58,559 nucleotides of DNA from a virus (lineage: Duplodnaviria; Caudoviricetes). The notes beneath the pieces are model-generated. The model made no database searches, was not told the origin of the DNA, and saw nothing but the letters and a program-made list of their open reading frames with translations. Within the stretch, counting starts at the first letter, position 1. Each line of letters begins with the position of its first letter. The stretch spans positions 1 to 58,559 of the IMG/VR virus record IMGVR_UViG_3300030095_002502. The stretch is one strand, 5' to 3'. The translations under genes and the position numbers were made by a program. Shown in pieces: positions 1 through 10,423 of the stretch.

Positions 1-2
1 CA

Positions 3-125
3 GTCAATGCAGACGGTACTACAGAAGAAACAATGGAACTGTCTACATCAGTAATGCCAGCAATGGCTTACTCAACGACCGCAGCTACATTTAATACAAC
101 GCCTACAGTGAAGGGGATGTTCTAA
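3..125 (+). CDS. 3' end of an upstream tail tube-like protein (truncated by window start)
   Basis: Open frame VNADGTTEETMELSTSVMPAMAYSTTAATFNTTPTVKGMF*; its TAA overlaps the next ATG (TAATG); resembles the C-terminus of 125..751. Confidence 0.7.
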   Translation, partial: VNADGTTEETMELSTSVMPAMAYSTTAATFNTTPTVKGMF

Positions 126-751
126 TGGTCTATTTCGTAGGAAGAGATTTAGATGTTATTATATCTACCGAAGAAGCAGACAATGGTTTATTCTGGCAAT
201 CAGGAGCTACAGGACCATCTTGGGCTTTTGATGATGCAGTATCTAAAGCATCTTATTCATTAGTAGCAGTACCAAGAGGGCACGCAGATGCTCAAAACGT
301 CTCAGATGGAGTAACGTTAAAATATTTAATTGGTGCAGATTTATCCGTTGGTGCAATGGATGAAGATATAACATATGTAGGTTTCCGTGATGTTACGAAA
401 GTAGAAATCAAAAAGGAAACAACATTAACATTAACACGTAAGAAAGTCGATGCAGTATGGGATGATTGGTTTAACAATGCAAGATTTGGATTAACAGGAA
501 GTTCTATAATAGGTGCTTCTGATAATGAAGAACCAACCCAAACACGTGGATTTAGAATCTGGTTGAAACTAAAACCTAGTGGAAGTAGTCAAGGAGATAC
601 ATTTACTTTGAGGAACTGTTGCTTACAAAGTCATACAGTAACCACAAACGTAGATGGAACTTTTGATGAAACCATAGAGTTTATGTCATACATAGACCCT
701 AAGATAGGAAACACTGGTTCAACCGTTGTAACCCCAACAACTGACTTATAA
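125..751 (+). CDS. putative tail tube / major tail protein
   Basis: 208 aa, beta-rich; lies directly upstream of the chaperone pair and tape measure gene (canonical siphovirus order). Confidence 0.6.
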   Translation: MVYFVGRDLDVIISTEEADNGLFWQSGATGPSWAFDDAVSKASYSLVAVPRGHADAQNVSDGVTLKYLIGADLSVGAMDEDITYVGFRDVTKVEIKKETTLTLTRKKVDAVWDDWFNNARFGLTGSSIIGASDNEEPTQTRGFRIWLKLKPSGSSQGDTFTLRNCCLQSHTVTTNVDGTFDETIEFMSYIDPKIGNTGSTVVTPTTDL

Positions 752-765
752 GGTTATAAATAACT

Positions 766-786
766 AAGCAGGGCTGTGCCCTGTTT
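766..786 (+). terminator. hairpin plus T-rich tract after the tail tube gene
   Basis: AAGCAGGGC-TGT-GCCCTGTTT followed by GGTTTT. Confidence 0.45.
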
Positions 787-807
787 GGTTTTGTAAAGGA
801 GATAGAA

Positions 808-1185
808 ATGTCAAAAGAAGAAAAAGAAATAGAAACTTGGACAATAGAAAGCTTGATAGCTTTAACAGACGAAGTACAAAATGAAGAAATTGATTATAGA
901 GGAAAGGTTTTAAAAATACAATTCTGTGAGTTAACAGAAGAAGAAGAACCTACCGGCTCATTTAAAGATGACTTCGAGAATGAAGAAGAACGAATGACTT
1001 ATTATCAAGAATTAGGTACTTTAAGAGTACTTAAAATGATAGAAAAAGCAAACGAAAAAGTTCCTGAAAATAAAATTTTGGATAGTGAATCATGGGCAAA
1101 ATTACCTACTACCCTAAGATATGCCATTGCTAATAAAATAATGGCTATTAATGCGGAAGTGCGTGAAAATTTTACCATGGGATGA
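808..1185 (+). CDS. tail assembly chaperone (lambda gpG-like)
   Basis: Acidic 125 aa ORF between tail tube and tape measure, with a slippery site at its 3' end. Confidence 0.75.
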   Translation: MSKEEKEIETWTIESLIALTDEVQNEEIDYRGKVLKIQFCELTEEEEPTGSFKDDFENEEERMTYYQELGTLRVLKMIEKANEKVPENKILDSESWAKLPTTLRYAIANKIMAINAEVRENFTMG

Positions 1186-1209
1186 CCGAGACACCTAGAC
1201 CGGTCGTCC
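1167..1209 (+). promoter_or_regulatory. programmed -1 ribosomal frameshift signal
   Basis: In-frame A AAT TTT heptamer at 1167-1173; stem GGATGACCG (1180-1188) / CGGTCGTCC (1201-1209); the -1 frame runs into ORF 1182. Confidence 0.8.
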
Positions 1210-1475
1210 TTTACGTCCCTCTTATGAAAGAGTTAGGAATTTCATGGACTGAAATAAAAAATATGCCCGCTTATGAACTAGAAGGTTTACAAGGGGCACT
1301 TAATGAATACAATGCTCTCCATTCTATGGATGGATATACAGCAGATGAAGTGGGTGAAATAGCAAAAAACAAACCTCAAATAAGGTCTTCTTGGGCTAAT
1401 TACCAAGAAAAAAAGGCTAAGTTTGATGCTATGATTGGAAAGAAAAAAGAATTGTCATTCGATGGATTGATGTAG
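1182..1475 (+). CDS. tail assembly chaperone, frameshift extension (gpT-like)
   Basis: In the -1 frame relative to 808..1185; ELGISWTEIKNMP resembles gpT-type motifs; directly precedes tape measure. Confidence 0.7.
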   Translation: MTETPRPVVLYVPLMKELGISWTEIKNMPAYELEGLQGALNEYNALHSMDGYTADEVGEIAKNKPQIRSSWANYQEKKAKFDAMIGKKKELSFDGLM

Positions 1476-1476
1476 A

Positions 1477-4400
1477 ATGGGTGTAGCAGGTCAAATATTC
1501 GCAGCTAGAGTTGCTATTGGTTTAGCAGTCCCTTCTCCTAAGGCTTTAAGTCAAACAGGAGAAATGTTGGGCAACTTCTCTAAGAAGATGTATAAAAAAC
1601 TAAATAGTCAACATCTTGAAGCAGCACAAGAGAGAAGCCAAGCAACCACACAAGAGTTGCAGCGAGCGAATGCTCGTGTGGCTGAATTCCAAAAACGCTC
1701 TCAAGCCGAATTGATGCAATCTGCACAAAGGTCTTTAAATAGAACCAATAAAATGTTTTCTGGGCAGGTAGCAGAAGGTTCCCGACAAATTAACCAAATG
1801 CGAACCGGCTTACAGCGAGCTCGACCATCCGTAGCACCAAAATTATTTGCTAATCTTTCTAATGATATGAAATCTGCTGAAAAATATCAGCGGATAATGA
1901 AGAATTTTATACAATTAACTAACACTGAAAGACAATCTGTTCTCAAAGGTGTTGAAATAACACTTGAAGATGCTAAGGCTAGGTCAGTACGAGCCTTAGA
2001 AATGGCTAAAGAAAATGCAGAAATGAAAGAATACGCTGCTACACAAATAGAAGATGCTCAAAAATTAGAACAAACTTATGAGCAGATGATGATTTTAGAT
2101 AGTGAACGTTCACAAGAAAAAAGAAGACTTGCTGAAGAAGAGAAAAATCTATTAAAAGAACAAAAAGATGCACGAGATAAGGCAAATAGTTCTTTAGAAA
2201 TTCAAGAAAAGTTAACTAATGAAATGACAGAAGCCCAGAATAAGCTCCATGATGCCATGCACAAGGCAATTTATACCATGAAAGAGGGCTTTGGTCAAGT
2301 ATTAAGAGATTCTATCTCTATCTTAACTGGTTTCTACTACAAACTTGGTGAAACTACTTCTGCTTTACAAACATTTGAAAGAGAACTGTTAAATGCAAAT
2401 TCTGTGTTTAATCTTACTCGAGACGAATTATTTAAGACTTCTCAAACTATAGTACAATTTGGTCAAGAATTTGGTCTTGCTATGGATAACGGAGCCGCTG
2501 GTCTCTACCAACTTGCTTCGGCTGGTTTAGATGCTAATGAAGCTATGGCTGTTTTACCTCATACGTTAAAGCTTTCTATGGCTGTACAAGGAGACCATAA
2601 CACTATATCTAAGCTTACTGCACAGACATTGTTTGGTTTTGGTATGGAAATGGACCAAGCAGGCTTACTAACAGATAAATTTGCGCATGCTATTCAGAAA
2701 TCTCTTATTGAGTATGAAGATTTAACAAGCGCTATCAAGTTTGCTCTACCTTTCTTTACTGCTACAGGGCAAAGTATAGACCAACTATTGGGGTCTCTAC
2801 AGGTCTTGACTAATAGAGCTTTGGAAGCTGGTATTGCAGGTCGTGGTTTAAGACAAGCATTAGCTGAGTTTGCTGAAGGTGCAGAAGATAATGCTACTGC
2901 TTTTGCTAAAATGGGCATAAACATCCTTGATGCTAATGGTGAAATGCTTCAATTGACCGAAATAGCTAGGTTGTTTGCTGATGCAATAGGCCCAGAAACA
3001 GCTAGTAATACTGAATTATTAACAGCATTGATACAAGATTTGAATGTACGTGGTGCAACCGCGTTTATACACTTAGTTCAGAATGCTGAAGAGTTTGAAG
3101 ACGCAGTACATGCTACTGTAAATGCAGGTGGAGAATTAGATGAGATGGTTAGAATCCAGAACGAATCTATTCAAGCCCAAATGCAAATATTAAAGAATAA
3201 TGTTGAAGCAATTTTCTTTATGCGTGATGCTAATGCAGATGGAACCGAATCCCTAAACGAGTTCCACCAAGGTGTATTAGACGTTATCGCTTCACTTAGG
3301 GGATTAATCGTAGAAGAACTAGCAGATGGTACATATGCATTAACTGAATTTGGACGAGATATAAGAAAAATAGCAGTACAAGGTGTAGAATTATTTGCTG
3401 GTGCTGTAAAATCTATGGTTACTATCATTAGAGATTTTAGTAAAGAAGGTTTCTTTAACATCTCTATGCTTAAAGCTTACTTCCTACCAGTTTCTGCGGT
3501 TCTTAAAGTAGTACAGATGTTAGGTCCAAATGTACTTAAATTGGCATTATGGTTTAAAATTTTAACAGCAGTAATACCTATTAACACACTACTTACACTT
3601 GCAGACACTGTAGCCACTATAGCTAATAACACTGCTAAAGTAGCTAGTGCAGCAGCAAGTACTGCATTGGCAGGTGCAGAAGCAGGTAGAGCAACTGCAA
3701 CAAACGCAGCGACAGCAGCCACAATGGCACAGACTTCTTCATTTGCCTCATTAGGGGGAGCATTAAGAGCATTTGGTAGAGCACTATTGAATCCTTATGT
3801 ACTTCTTGGAGCTATAACAGCAGGTATAGTACTTCTTATTGCTAAAACTAGAGATTTATCTGCGATGTGGGAAGGTCTACGAATAGGTGGAATGGAAACA
3901 CTACGAATGTTAAAGTTTGCAGTAACACCACTTACAGAATTATTTGGTGAGTGGGGAGATGCTACAGAAAGAGCTATGAAATCTATGGGTTTTGCAGATG
4001 ATAGAGCTGCCATGATAGGTATAATGCAAGAGATAGGAGCTATAGTAGCTCTCATTGTATATGCAGTATCGGAGTCTATAGCTCGAATTTTAAGATTTAC
4101 GGTAGAGTTGGCTGGAAAAACAATAGATGTAGTATTAGGTCCTAATTTATCGAGATTAGTTTGGGCTGTTGGACAGCTCCAAGAATTGGATGAAAAGGGA
4201 GCTGGTAATTATACCAGAGACGTTGTGACTGCTGACGGGGCTAGTATGGTAAGAAACTATCAACAAGTCACTGGTTTGTCTACTTATGATATGCTAGCTC
4301 AACAAGGAGGCTCTGGTCAATTTGTAGCCGATACAGCATATGGTTCAGGTGGGGATGGATACTTGGGTACCAAATACTCACCCGGAGGTGCGTTTGATTA

Positions 4401-4674
4401 TGTTATGAATTTTGCTAATGGTGGTATGATTAAATCATATGCTAACGGAGGACCCGTTTTAGTAGGAGAAAGGGGTCCAGAACTGTTCGTTCCCCCTAGG
4501 ATGGGAGGACAAGTTTTAAATACTGACAGGACCCGAAATCTATTAAGAGGACAGACTGGCATGTCCAATGGTAACGGAATGATTAATACATTAATAGTAC
4601 AAAATTTAACAGCGGCTAATTCGACATCTAATAATAGTAAGATAGCCGTAGACACTTTTGCAGGAGTAGTATAA
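1477..4674 (+). CDS. tail tape measure protein
   Basis: 1065 aa helical, Ala-rich; TP901-type core (GLYQLASAG...AGRGLRQAL); C-terminal FANGG...VGERGPELFVP. Confidence 0.92.
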   Translation: MGVAGQIFAARVAIGLAVPSPKALSQTGEMLGNFSKKMYKKLNSQHLEAAQERSQATTQELQRANARVAEFQKRSQAELMQSAQRSLNRTNKMFSGQVAEGSRQINQMRTGLQRARPSVAPKLFANLSNDMKSAEKYQRIMKNFIQLTNTERQSVLKGVEITLEDAKARSVRALEMAKENAEMKEYAATQIEDAQKLEQTYEQMMILDSERSQEKRRLAEEEKNLLKEQKDARDKANSSLEIQEKLTNEMTEAQNKLHDAMHKAIYTMKEGFGQVLRDSISILTGFYYKLGETTSALQTFERELLNANSVFNLTRDELFKTSQTIVQFGQEFGLAMDNGAAGLYQLASAGLDANEAMAVLPHTLKLSMAVQGDHNTISKLTAQTLFGFGMEMDQAGLLTDKFAHAIQKSLIEYEDLTSAIKFALPFFTATGQSIDQLLGSLQVLTNRALEAGIAGRGLRQALAEFAEGAEDNATAFAKMGINILDANGEMLQLTEIARLFADAIGPETASNTELLTALIQDLNVRGATAFIHLVQNAEEFEDAVHATVNAGGELDEMVRIQNESIQAQMQILKNNVEAIFFMRDANADGTESLNEFHQGVLDVIASLRGLIVEELADGTYALTEFGRDIRKIAVQGVELFAGAVKSMVTIIRDFSKEGFFNISMLKAYFLPVSAVLKVVQMLGPNVLKLALWFKILTAVIPINTLLTLADTVATIANNTAKVASAAASTALAGAEAGRATATNAATAATMAQTSSFASLGGALRAFGRALLNPYVLLGAITAGIVLLIAKTRDLSAMWEGLRIGGMETLRMLKFAVTPLTELFGEWGDATERAMKSMGFADDRAAMIGIMQEIGAIVALIVYAVSESIARILRFTVELAGKTIDVVLGPNLSRLVWAVGQLQELDEKGAGNYTRDVVTADGASMVRNYQQVTGLSTYDMLAQQGGSGQFVADTAYGSGGDGYLGTKYSPGGAFDYVMNFANGGMIKSYANGGPVLVGERGPELFVPPRMGGQVLNTDRTRNLLRGQTGMSNGNGMINTLIVQNLTAANSTSNNSKIAVDTFAGVV

Positions 4675-4675
4675 G

Positions 4676-7600
4676 ATGGCAGCACCAATAGACGTAGAAA
4701 GAAATTGTTTTTATAGAAAACATAACATTACTACAGAAGGAGCTGTAGAATTAAGACCTTCTTTAACTGACTCGGCTTTTTCAGGAACAAGAGATATAAA
4801 ACTCAACGGAGGAACTAGTTCTAATATATTCTTATTATCGGGAGCAACCCCACCATCATTGACATATGGAGATGGACAATTGATAGGTGGTGATTTAGTT
4901 TTATACTGTAGTGGTACAGAACTCAGTTCTACAGGAGCTCCTCCTATAGTAGACCTTTATGCAGCAGTTTCTGGAACTACATTTAAAGAAGGAGATATGG
5001 AATTGTCGCATGGTTGGGAAAATTTAACCGGCCAAAGTGGTAGCGTAGCTGCTGGTTCGACAGTAATAAATGGAACAGGTACTACTTTTATGGCTGATTT
5101 TACAGTAGGGGATGATATAAAGATAGGACCTGCTGCATCTCCTGAAATCAAAATAGTTGCAGATATTACAAATGACACTACTCTTTCTTTTTCGGGGGCA
5201 GTTCATGGCTCTGGTATAGCAGCAACATCTAATAATTTATTTAAACCGCGTTTTTTTGGTGATGAATTATCGGTCTATACTGCTCACGCAGATAAAGATT
5301 TATATACTTATTCTGAAACTTTTGATGGGGGTCAAAGTATAGGAACTGCTTCTATTGCTGGGTTTAAAGTTTCCGAGCCTTATATTTTATTAAATAGTTT
5401 TAATGGTGATAAATTAGCAAGCGCACTTTATGCAGGTGGTAATTATTCATTAACTTACGGTTTATATCAATCATTAACTGGTGAAGACTCAGCACCCTCG
5501 GGTTCATCATTTTTCAAAGAATACTTTGGAACTAAAGAAGATAGTACGAGAGCTGAAAGTGTGGTAGAAGTTATAGAAACAACTTACACAGTAGGTCCTA
5601 CTCTTGATGCAGCAGCAGAACGCAGAACTGCTCATCAGACAGTAACAACTACTGGAAATAACCCTATAATGTATATCAAACCTCTTGACGACAATAAATT
5701 AGATGATTTATGGGTACCAGCCAACGATTATAGAGAAGGGATGGAAAATATATTTGCATTTACTCCTTATTGGAGATGGAAAGATATAAAGCACCTTGTA
5801 CAATATAGAACTAGAGAAAAAACTAACGTAGAAGAGTCTGAAGATGTTAATGAAAACAACACTATATTTGATAGTGGATTAATATATGCTAGTCCAAACA
5901 TAAGTACGTTTTACGGTGCAGGTGACAAAAGTGGTCTCCCCGTTAATAAATCTATAATTCAAATTTCAAATGAAGCATATGCCGATGGTGGCTCTTCTTT
6001 ACAACTGTATAACTTATGGAGTTATTCTAAACTCAATGCTTACCGCACAGACCAAGAGGGATTAGACCCTATGTATGGAATAAGTGGTGCAGCTAATCCA
6101 CAGTTTTGCTGTGTTGGTATGAAAAATGTACCATTCCCTCAACAAATAGATAATGCTTTTAATGTTAAAGCGCAAGCTGATGGCAACGGTGAAAATCATG
6201 CATGGGATAATGTTACATTACCAGAAATAAATATTAAATTTAATGTTAAAGAAATGGATGTAGTTCCTACTATAGCTAGTACACTCACAAATGAAGCTGA
6301 CCAGATAGCCAAGCAAGGTGTGTTTACAGATTACTGGGGTGCTAATATGACTACCGGTACTGGTGTAGATAGATATACTGATGCATGTTTTGTTAGTGGC
6401 ACTAAAGACTGGGAAGCTGGGACGGGACCTTTCGATTTTCAATTTAGAACATTGATGCGCAACTTTACTATATGTTTTTCTAATTATCCACCAGAAGAAG
6501 GAGAAGGTCTAGATAGTTTTATTCATCGCGGATTAAAAGATTATTATGATGGTACTTCACCGGGCGATAAATTTATAGGAGGTCTAACTGTATTTAAAGA
6601 CCGTCCGGCAAAAGGTGTTTATAGTAGTGCTGGAGCTTCTGGTACTGCATATGAAAAGGGTGATGGTAATGTATTAACTGCTATGTCTTTACAATGTGGT
6701 CAATCAAATTATGCCCAAGGTAATGCGTCTAGTGGTTATCAAGATGATGTATTAAACATTGAAAATGTAAGAAATCGTATTTTAAAATTTAACAATGCTA
6801 GTGGTACTTCTACCCAATCTGCTGGCCTAATGTGTTTTGCTGGTATACCTGCTAATGATGGTAATACTGATAATGGAACTGGAGTATATGGTCAAGAATT
6901 TGAACAATCAGTCAATTTATCTATGGACCAGTTTGTTAATGCTAAATTTGTTTTTAATGTACTAGGTGGCTCTGCCGCTGGAAGAATAGGTGCAGCAGGA
7001 GATAATATAGGAAAAGCTGACCAATGTAGGGTTTACTTTACCGATGGTATTATAAAAACCACAGGTAGTACCGAAACAGAAGGAGCGGACGTATTAAGCG
7101 CGGGTACTTTAGAAGAACCCGTTTCTTTACCTATTCTTTTCCCTTCATCTACTCATAACAGCACTTCTGGTATAGGGCAAACGTGGTTAGAACAACCATC
7201 TTTATGGCCTAGATATATGACGTTATGGGTAACCAACTATAGACAAACTAACTATCAATCAGGTACTACAGATGATTTAATGGGTGAACAACAACCATGG
7301 GCAGCTTACACTGGTTCCAAAGTCGATTTTGGTATAACTGGAGACTATCCAGCTGATTATGGTGCAGATAAACAAACTAACGTTTTTGTAGATAATATAC
7401 ACTTTTCTAATTTTACAAACGCAGTACACAACGCGTCTGTCAAAGCAACAGGGCGCACTGATAATATAGTAATTAAATCATGGCCTACTAAATCTCCAGT
7501 AACAACTCCACCTGACTACACATTATATGACGGAGTAGCATCTGCCAGTGAGAGACTACCGGGAAGTATGTTATCCCCTACCTTTACAAAATATTATATG

Positions 7601-10423
7601 CCTACTTATGTACTTTTAGGCTTTGATAATGGTCCTGCTGATTTTTATGCCTCTGGTGGTGCAGACCCGGGAACAACCCAATGGTATCAGTGGCATGGAT
7701 TTGGTACGAGTGCTTTTAGTAACTTAGACAGACAAACTCCTTATACTACAACACACAACATGTCGTGGTATAGGCACGCCGACCAAAATGGTTTGATGAA
7801 ATCGTATGGTAATTACTTACAAAATTCTTATTTTTCTTATGCATTTTATAATGGTGGTGCTGCTACTAAAGCTGTACCAAGTTTCGCAACTTCTACTCCT
7901 ACAAGAGGATTTATACAAACAACGCCTACTTTTGGTGCAACACAACCTACTGTGGCGTCTAATGAAATATTTAATTTCGCTACTGGTTCAGCAGCTTCTT
8001 TATTTACAGATGGCCTTACACAAAAGGGTTTTACACAGTTTGGCGCTAAAGGAGACGGCGGAAGTGATAATGATTATGATGGTTCTTGGTTAAAAAGAGA
8101 ACATCCCTTTGTAGCAGCTAAAATAACTAGTTTACCTTCAATTTATGATGAAGATGATGATTTAGAGGAAGGAGTTGTTGAAGTAGATAGAGGTGCTATA
8201 TTTGATATGCCTCTCTCTGATGAATATATAGTTTATACTGTTGGAGGAGGTACTGGTTCATTAAGACCTCATGCTAACATTATAGCTGAGGGTAGTGCAG
8301 ATAGCCCTTATTATGATTATGATACAAAGGCTACTACTATAACTTGGTCTGGGTCCTTAAGTTCTACAGGCACTACAATTGACATAGACAACGCCAGTGG
8401 TCTAGTACAACTAGACCCCGCTTTTGGTGTAAATGTTTCGGTATCAGATTATATTCATACTGGTGCTTTTGTGGCTTTACACAAACGAAGTGATAGTTCA
8501 GTTCCCGAAATTGTTAGAATAGATGGCTATGATAAAGATGGAGGGGCTACTAATTACGATAGAATAACTATATCACGAGCTCAGTTAGGTACTTCAGCTG
8601 CTGTAAGAGCACCAGCGGATTATTATTTATATCCTATTATTAATGTATTTTCTATAAAGGGAATTACACAAAGAAAACAAAGAGATGGTAATAAAATTTT
8701 CTTAAACGTTCCTCAATTAAGTTCTATAGTTAATGAACAAAATTTACCTTATTTATATATTTCACCTTACAAGTATTGGCAGTGGTTCCAAATGTGGCCC
8801 GGTGAAATGGCTATTGGTGCCCCTGCATCAGCAACGACAAATGCAGGAATGGCTGCGACTGAAGGGACTAAGTCAGGACCTAAAGCTTATAGTGCTATTA
8901 GTTTAATGAAGTCTGGTAGTGCTGCTACGACAGCTACAGGTACTACATATAGTGAAGAGGATTATACTTTCTTATCAACTATGACAGGAAGTGTAGGAAG
9001 AGTGTCACCTTACAATAGTTTATGGAGTTTGGATACCGCTACTAGTGGTTCTTCTATAGAAACTAACATAGATTATGGTTTCGGTCCTTATACTGAAGAT
9101 ACTAGAACAGGTGGTCAGGTAACATCAAGAGGAGTATATTCTCAAAATCCTATGGCATTTAATTTAGATGGTTTAATAGGAAGTAAATCTTGGGGTGTTG
9201 AAGAACCCGTAATGAATAAAATAGTATTGGGGGCTCCTTTACTTTCTTCTTCTGCTGTGTTTTACGGCAATGATTACACTACAACCACAGCAAGACAAGG
9301 TATAGCTTCAGGTAGTACAATCATACAAGAAGATGTTAAACCTTATTATTTATGGAAATATTTTGACCCAGTACCAACTGTATCTAATTTTACAGTAGGT
9401 CCGGCGTTTAATTTGTTAGATAGAGAAACTAACTTATATAATTTAACTAATGAAAATTTAAACGCTGTCAAATTCAATTGGTCTGAGAGTGGAGAAGACA
9501 TATGGTATAGAATGCTTATAGTAGACAATAAAGCTGTTACAACTAAATATCATGGATTTTCAAATGCTCCCCAATGTTTATTTCATGGGGCCATGAATGA
9601 TTTACCTACTAGCGTTACTTCAGCGCCAACTCTTACATTTACAGAAACTACCACAGATACTATTTACGGTACAACCTTTACAGTAGGACCAGTTGCGAAT
9701 AGTGAAGGTTCTATATTAGGTACAGGAGCACGTATGAGTCCTGAAGGACTTCAAGGTTACGCCTTTGATACCGGAGTATCAGGAGCAGCATCTAAAATAA
9801 CGATAACAAATACAAATTGTAAATTTATAAAAAGTTCTTCAACATATACAGCCATATTTCATTTAACGCCCGGAGTAGTTCCACCCGGTGCAGTGGCAGC
9901 TACCCAAACTATTTTCGAAAGAGGAACTCTTGGTAATGGTGGTTTAATAATAACAATGGAAAATGGTAAAGTTAAAGTAACTATGGGTGGTATTAATACA
10001 CTACAGTCACAGTCAGTAAGTCCACGAGATGGTAAACAACCTATGATGATAGCTGTAGTTTATGATAAAAATGGCGATGTTCCTTGTAAGTTATTTATTA
10101 ATGGTAAACTCGAAGATTACTCTATTACTGGTACAACTGACCCTAGTGAAGATATAAGTGCCTTTATGTGTAACAACACAGGAGACAGTCAACCCTATTA
10201 TGGATTACTAGAGGAAGTTATATTTTATAGTAATGTAATACACTTCCCAGATGACACAGGGCAATTTATTTTAGATGGGTCTAAATTTTTGGAACATGAT
10301 ACATTAGATGTGCAATCTTTACATTCTAAATTATTTATTATGGACTATCACAATATAAGAGGAGATGGAAAAGATGCAGTCTGTTCTACTCCTACAGTAT
10401 CATGGAGGGCTACGATAGCATGA
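4676..10423 (+). CDS. very large tail / adsorption protein with C-terminal LamG (concanavalin A-like) domain
   Basis: 1915 aa, G/S/T-rich; C-terminal IAVVYD...KLFINGKL...YYGLLEEVIFY matches LamG; follows tape measure. Confidence 0.7.
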   Translation: MAAPIDVERNCFYRKHNITTEGAVELRPSLTDSAFSGTRDIKLNGGTSSNIFLLSGATPPSLTYGDGQLIGGDLVLYCSGTELSSTGAPPIVDLYAAVSGTTFKEGDMELSHGWENLTGQSGSVAAGSTVINGTGTTFMADFTVGDDIKIGPAASPEIKIVADITNDTTLSFSGAVHGSGIAATSNNLFKPRFFGDELSVYTAHADKDLYTYSETFDGGQSIGTASIAGFKVSEPYILLNSFNGDKLASALYAGGNYSLTYGLYQSLTGEDSAPSGSSFFKEYFGTKEDSTRAESVVEVIETTYTVGPTLDAAAERRTAHQTVTTTGNNPIMYIKPLDDNKLDDLWVPANDYREGMENIFAFTPYWRWKDIKHLVQYRTREKTNVEESEDVNENNTIFDSGLIYASPNISTFYGAGDKSGLPVNKSIIQISNEAYADGGSSLQLYNLWSYSKLNAYRTDQEGLDPMYGISGAANPQFCCVGMKNVPFPQQIDNAFNVKAQADGNGENHAWDNVTLPEINIKFNVKEMDVVPTIASTLTNEADQIAKQGVFTDYWGANMTTGTGVDRYTDACFVSGTKDWEAGTGPFDFQFRTLMRNFTICFSNYPPEEGEGLDSFIHRGLKDYYDGTSPGDKFIGGLTVFKDRPAKGVYSSAGASGTAYEKGDGNVLTAMSLQCGQSNYAQGNASSGYQDDVLNIENVRNRILKFNNASGTSTQSAGLMCFAGIPANDGNTDNGTGVYGQEFEQSVNLSMDQFVNAKFVFNVLGGSAAGRIGAAGDNIGKADQCRVYFTDGIIKTTGSTETEGADVLSAGTLEEPVSLPILFPSSTHNSTSGIGQTWLEQPSLWPRYMTLWVTNYRQTNYQSGTTDDLMGEQQPWAAYTGSKVDFGITGDYPADYGADKQTNVFVDNIHFSNFTNAVHNASVKATGRTDNIVIKSWPTKSPVTTPPDYTLYDGVASASERLPGSMLSPTFTKYYMPTYVLLGFDNGPADFYASGGADPGTTQWYQWHGFGTSAFSNLDRQTPYTTTHNMSWYRHADQNGLMKSYGNYLQNSYFSYAFYNGGAATKAVPSFATSTPTRGFIQTTPTFGATQPTVASNEIFNFATGSAASLFTDGLTQKGFTQFGAKGDGGSDNDYDGSWLKREHPFVAAKITSLPSIYDEDDDLEEGVVEVDRGAIFDMPLSDEYIVYTVGGGTGSLRPHANIIAEGSADSPYYDYDTKATTITWSGSLSSTGTTIDIDNASGLVQLDPAFGVNVSVSDYIHTGAFVALHKRSDSSVPEIVRIDGYDKDGGATNYDRITISRAQLGTSAAVRAPADYYLYPIINVFSIKGITQRKQRDGNKIFLNVPQLSSIVNEQNLPYLYISPYKYWQWFQMWPGEMAIGAPASATTNAGMAATEGTKSGPKAYSAISLMKSGSAATTATGTTYSEEDYTFLSTMTGSVGRVSPYNSLWSLDTATSGSSIETNIDYGFGPYTEDTRTGGQVTSRGVYSQNPMAFNLDGLIGSKSWGVEEPVMNKIVLGAPLLSSSAVFYGNDYTTTTARQGIASGSTIIQEDVKPYYLWKYFDPVPTVSNFTVGPAFNLLDRETNLYNLTNENLNAVKFNWSESGEDIWYRMLIVDNKAVTTKYHGFSNAPQCLFHGAMNDLPTSVTSAPTLTFTETTTDTIYGTTFTVGPVANSEGSILGTGARMSPEGLQGYAFDTGVSGAASKITITNTNCKFIKSSSTYTAIFHLTPGVVPPGAVAATQTIFERGTLGNGGLIITMENGKVKVTMGGINTLQSQSVSPRDGKQPMMIAVVYDKNGDVPCKLFINGKLEDYSITGTTDPSEDISAFMCNNTGDSQPYYGLLEEVIFYSNVIHFPDDTGQFILDGSKFLEHDTLDVQSLHSKLFIMDYHNIRGDGKDAVCSTPTVSWRATIA

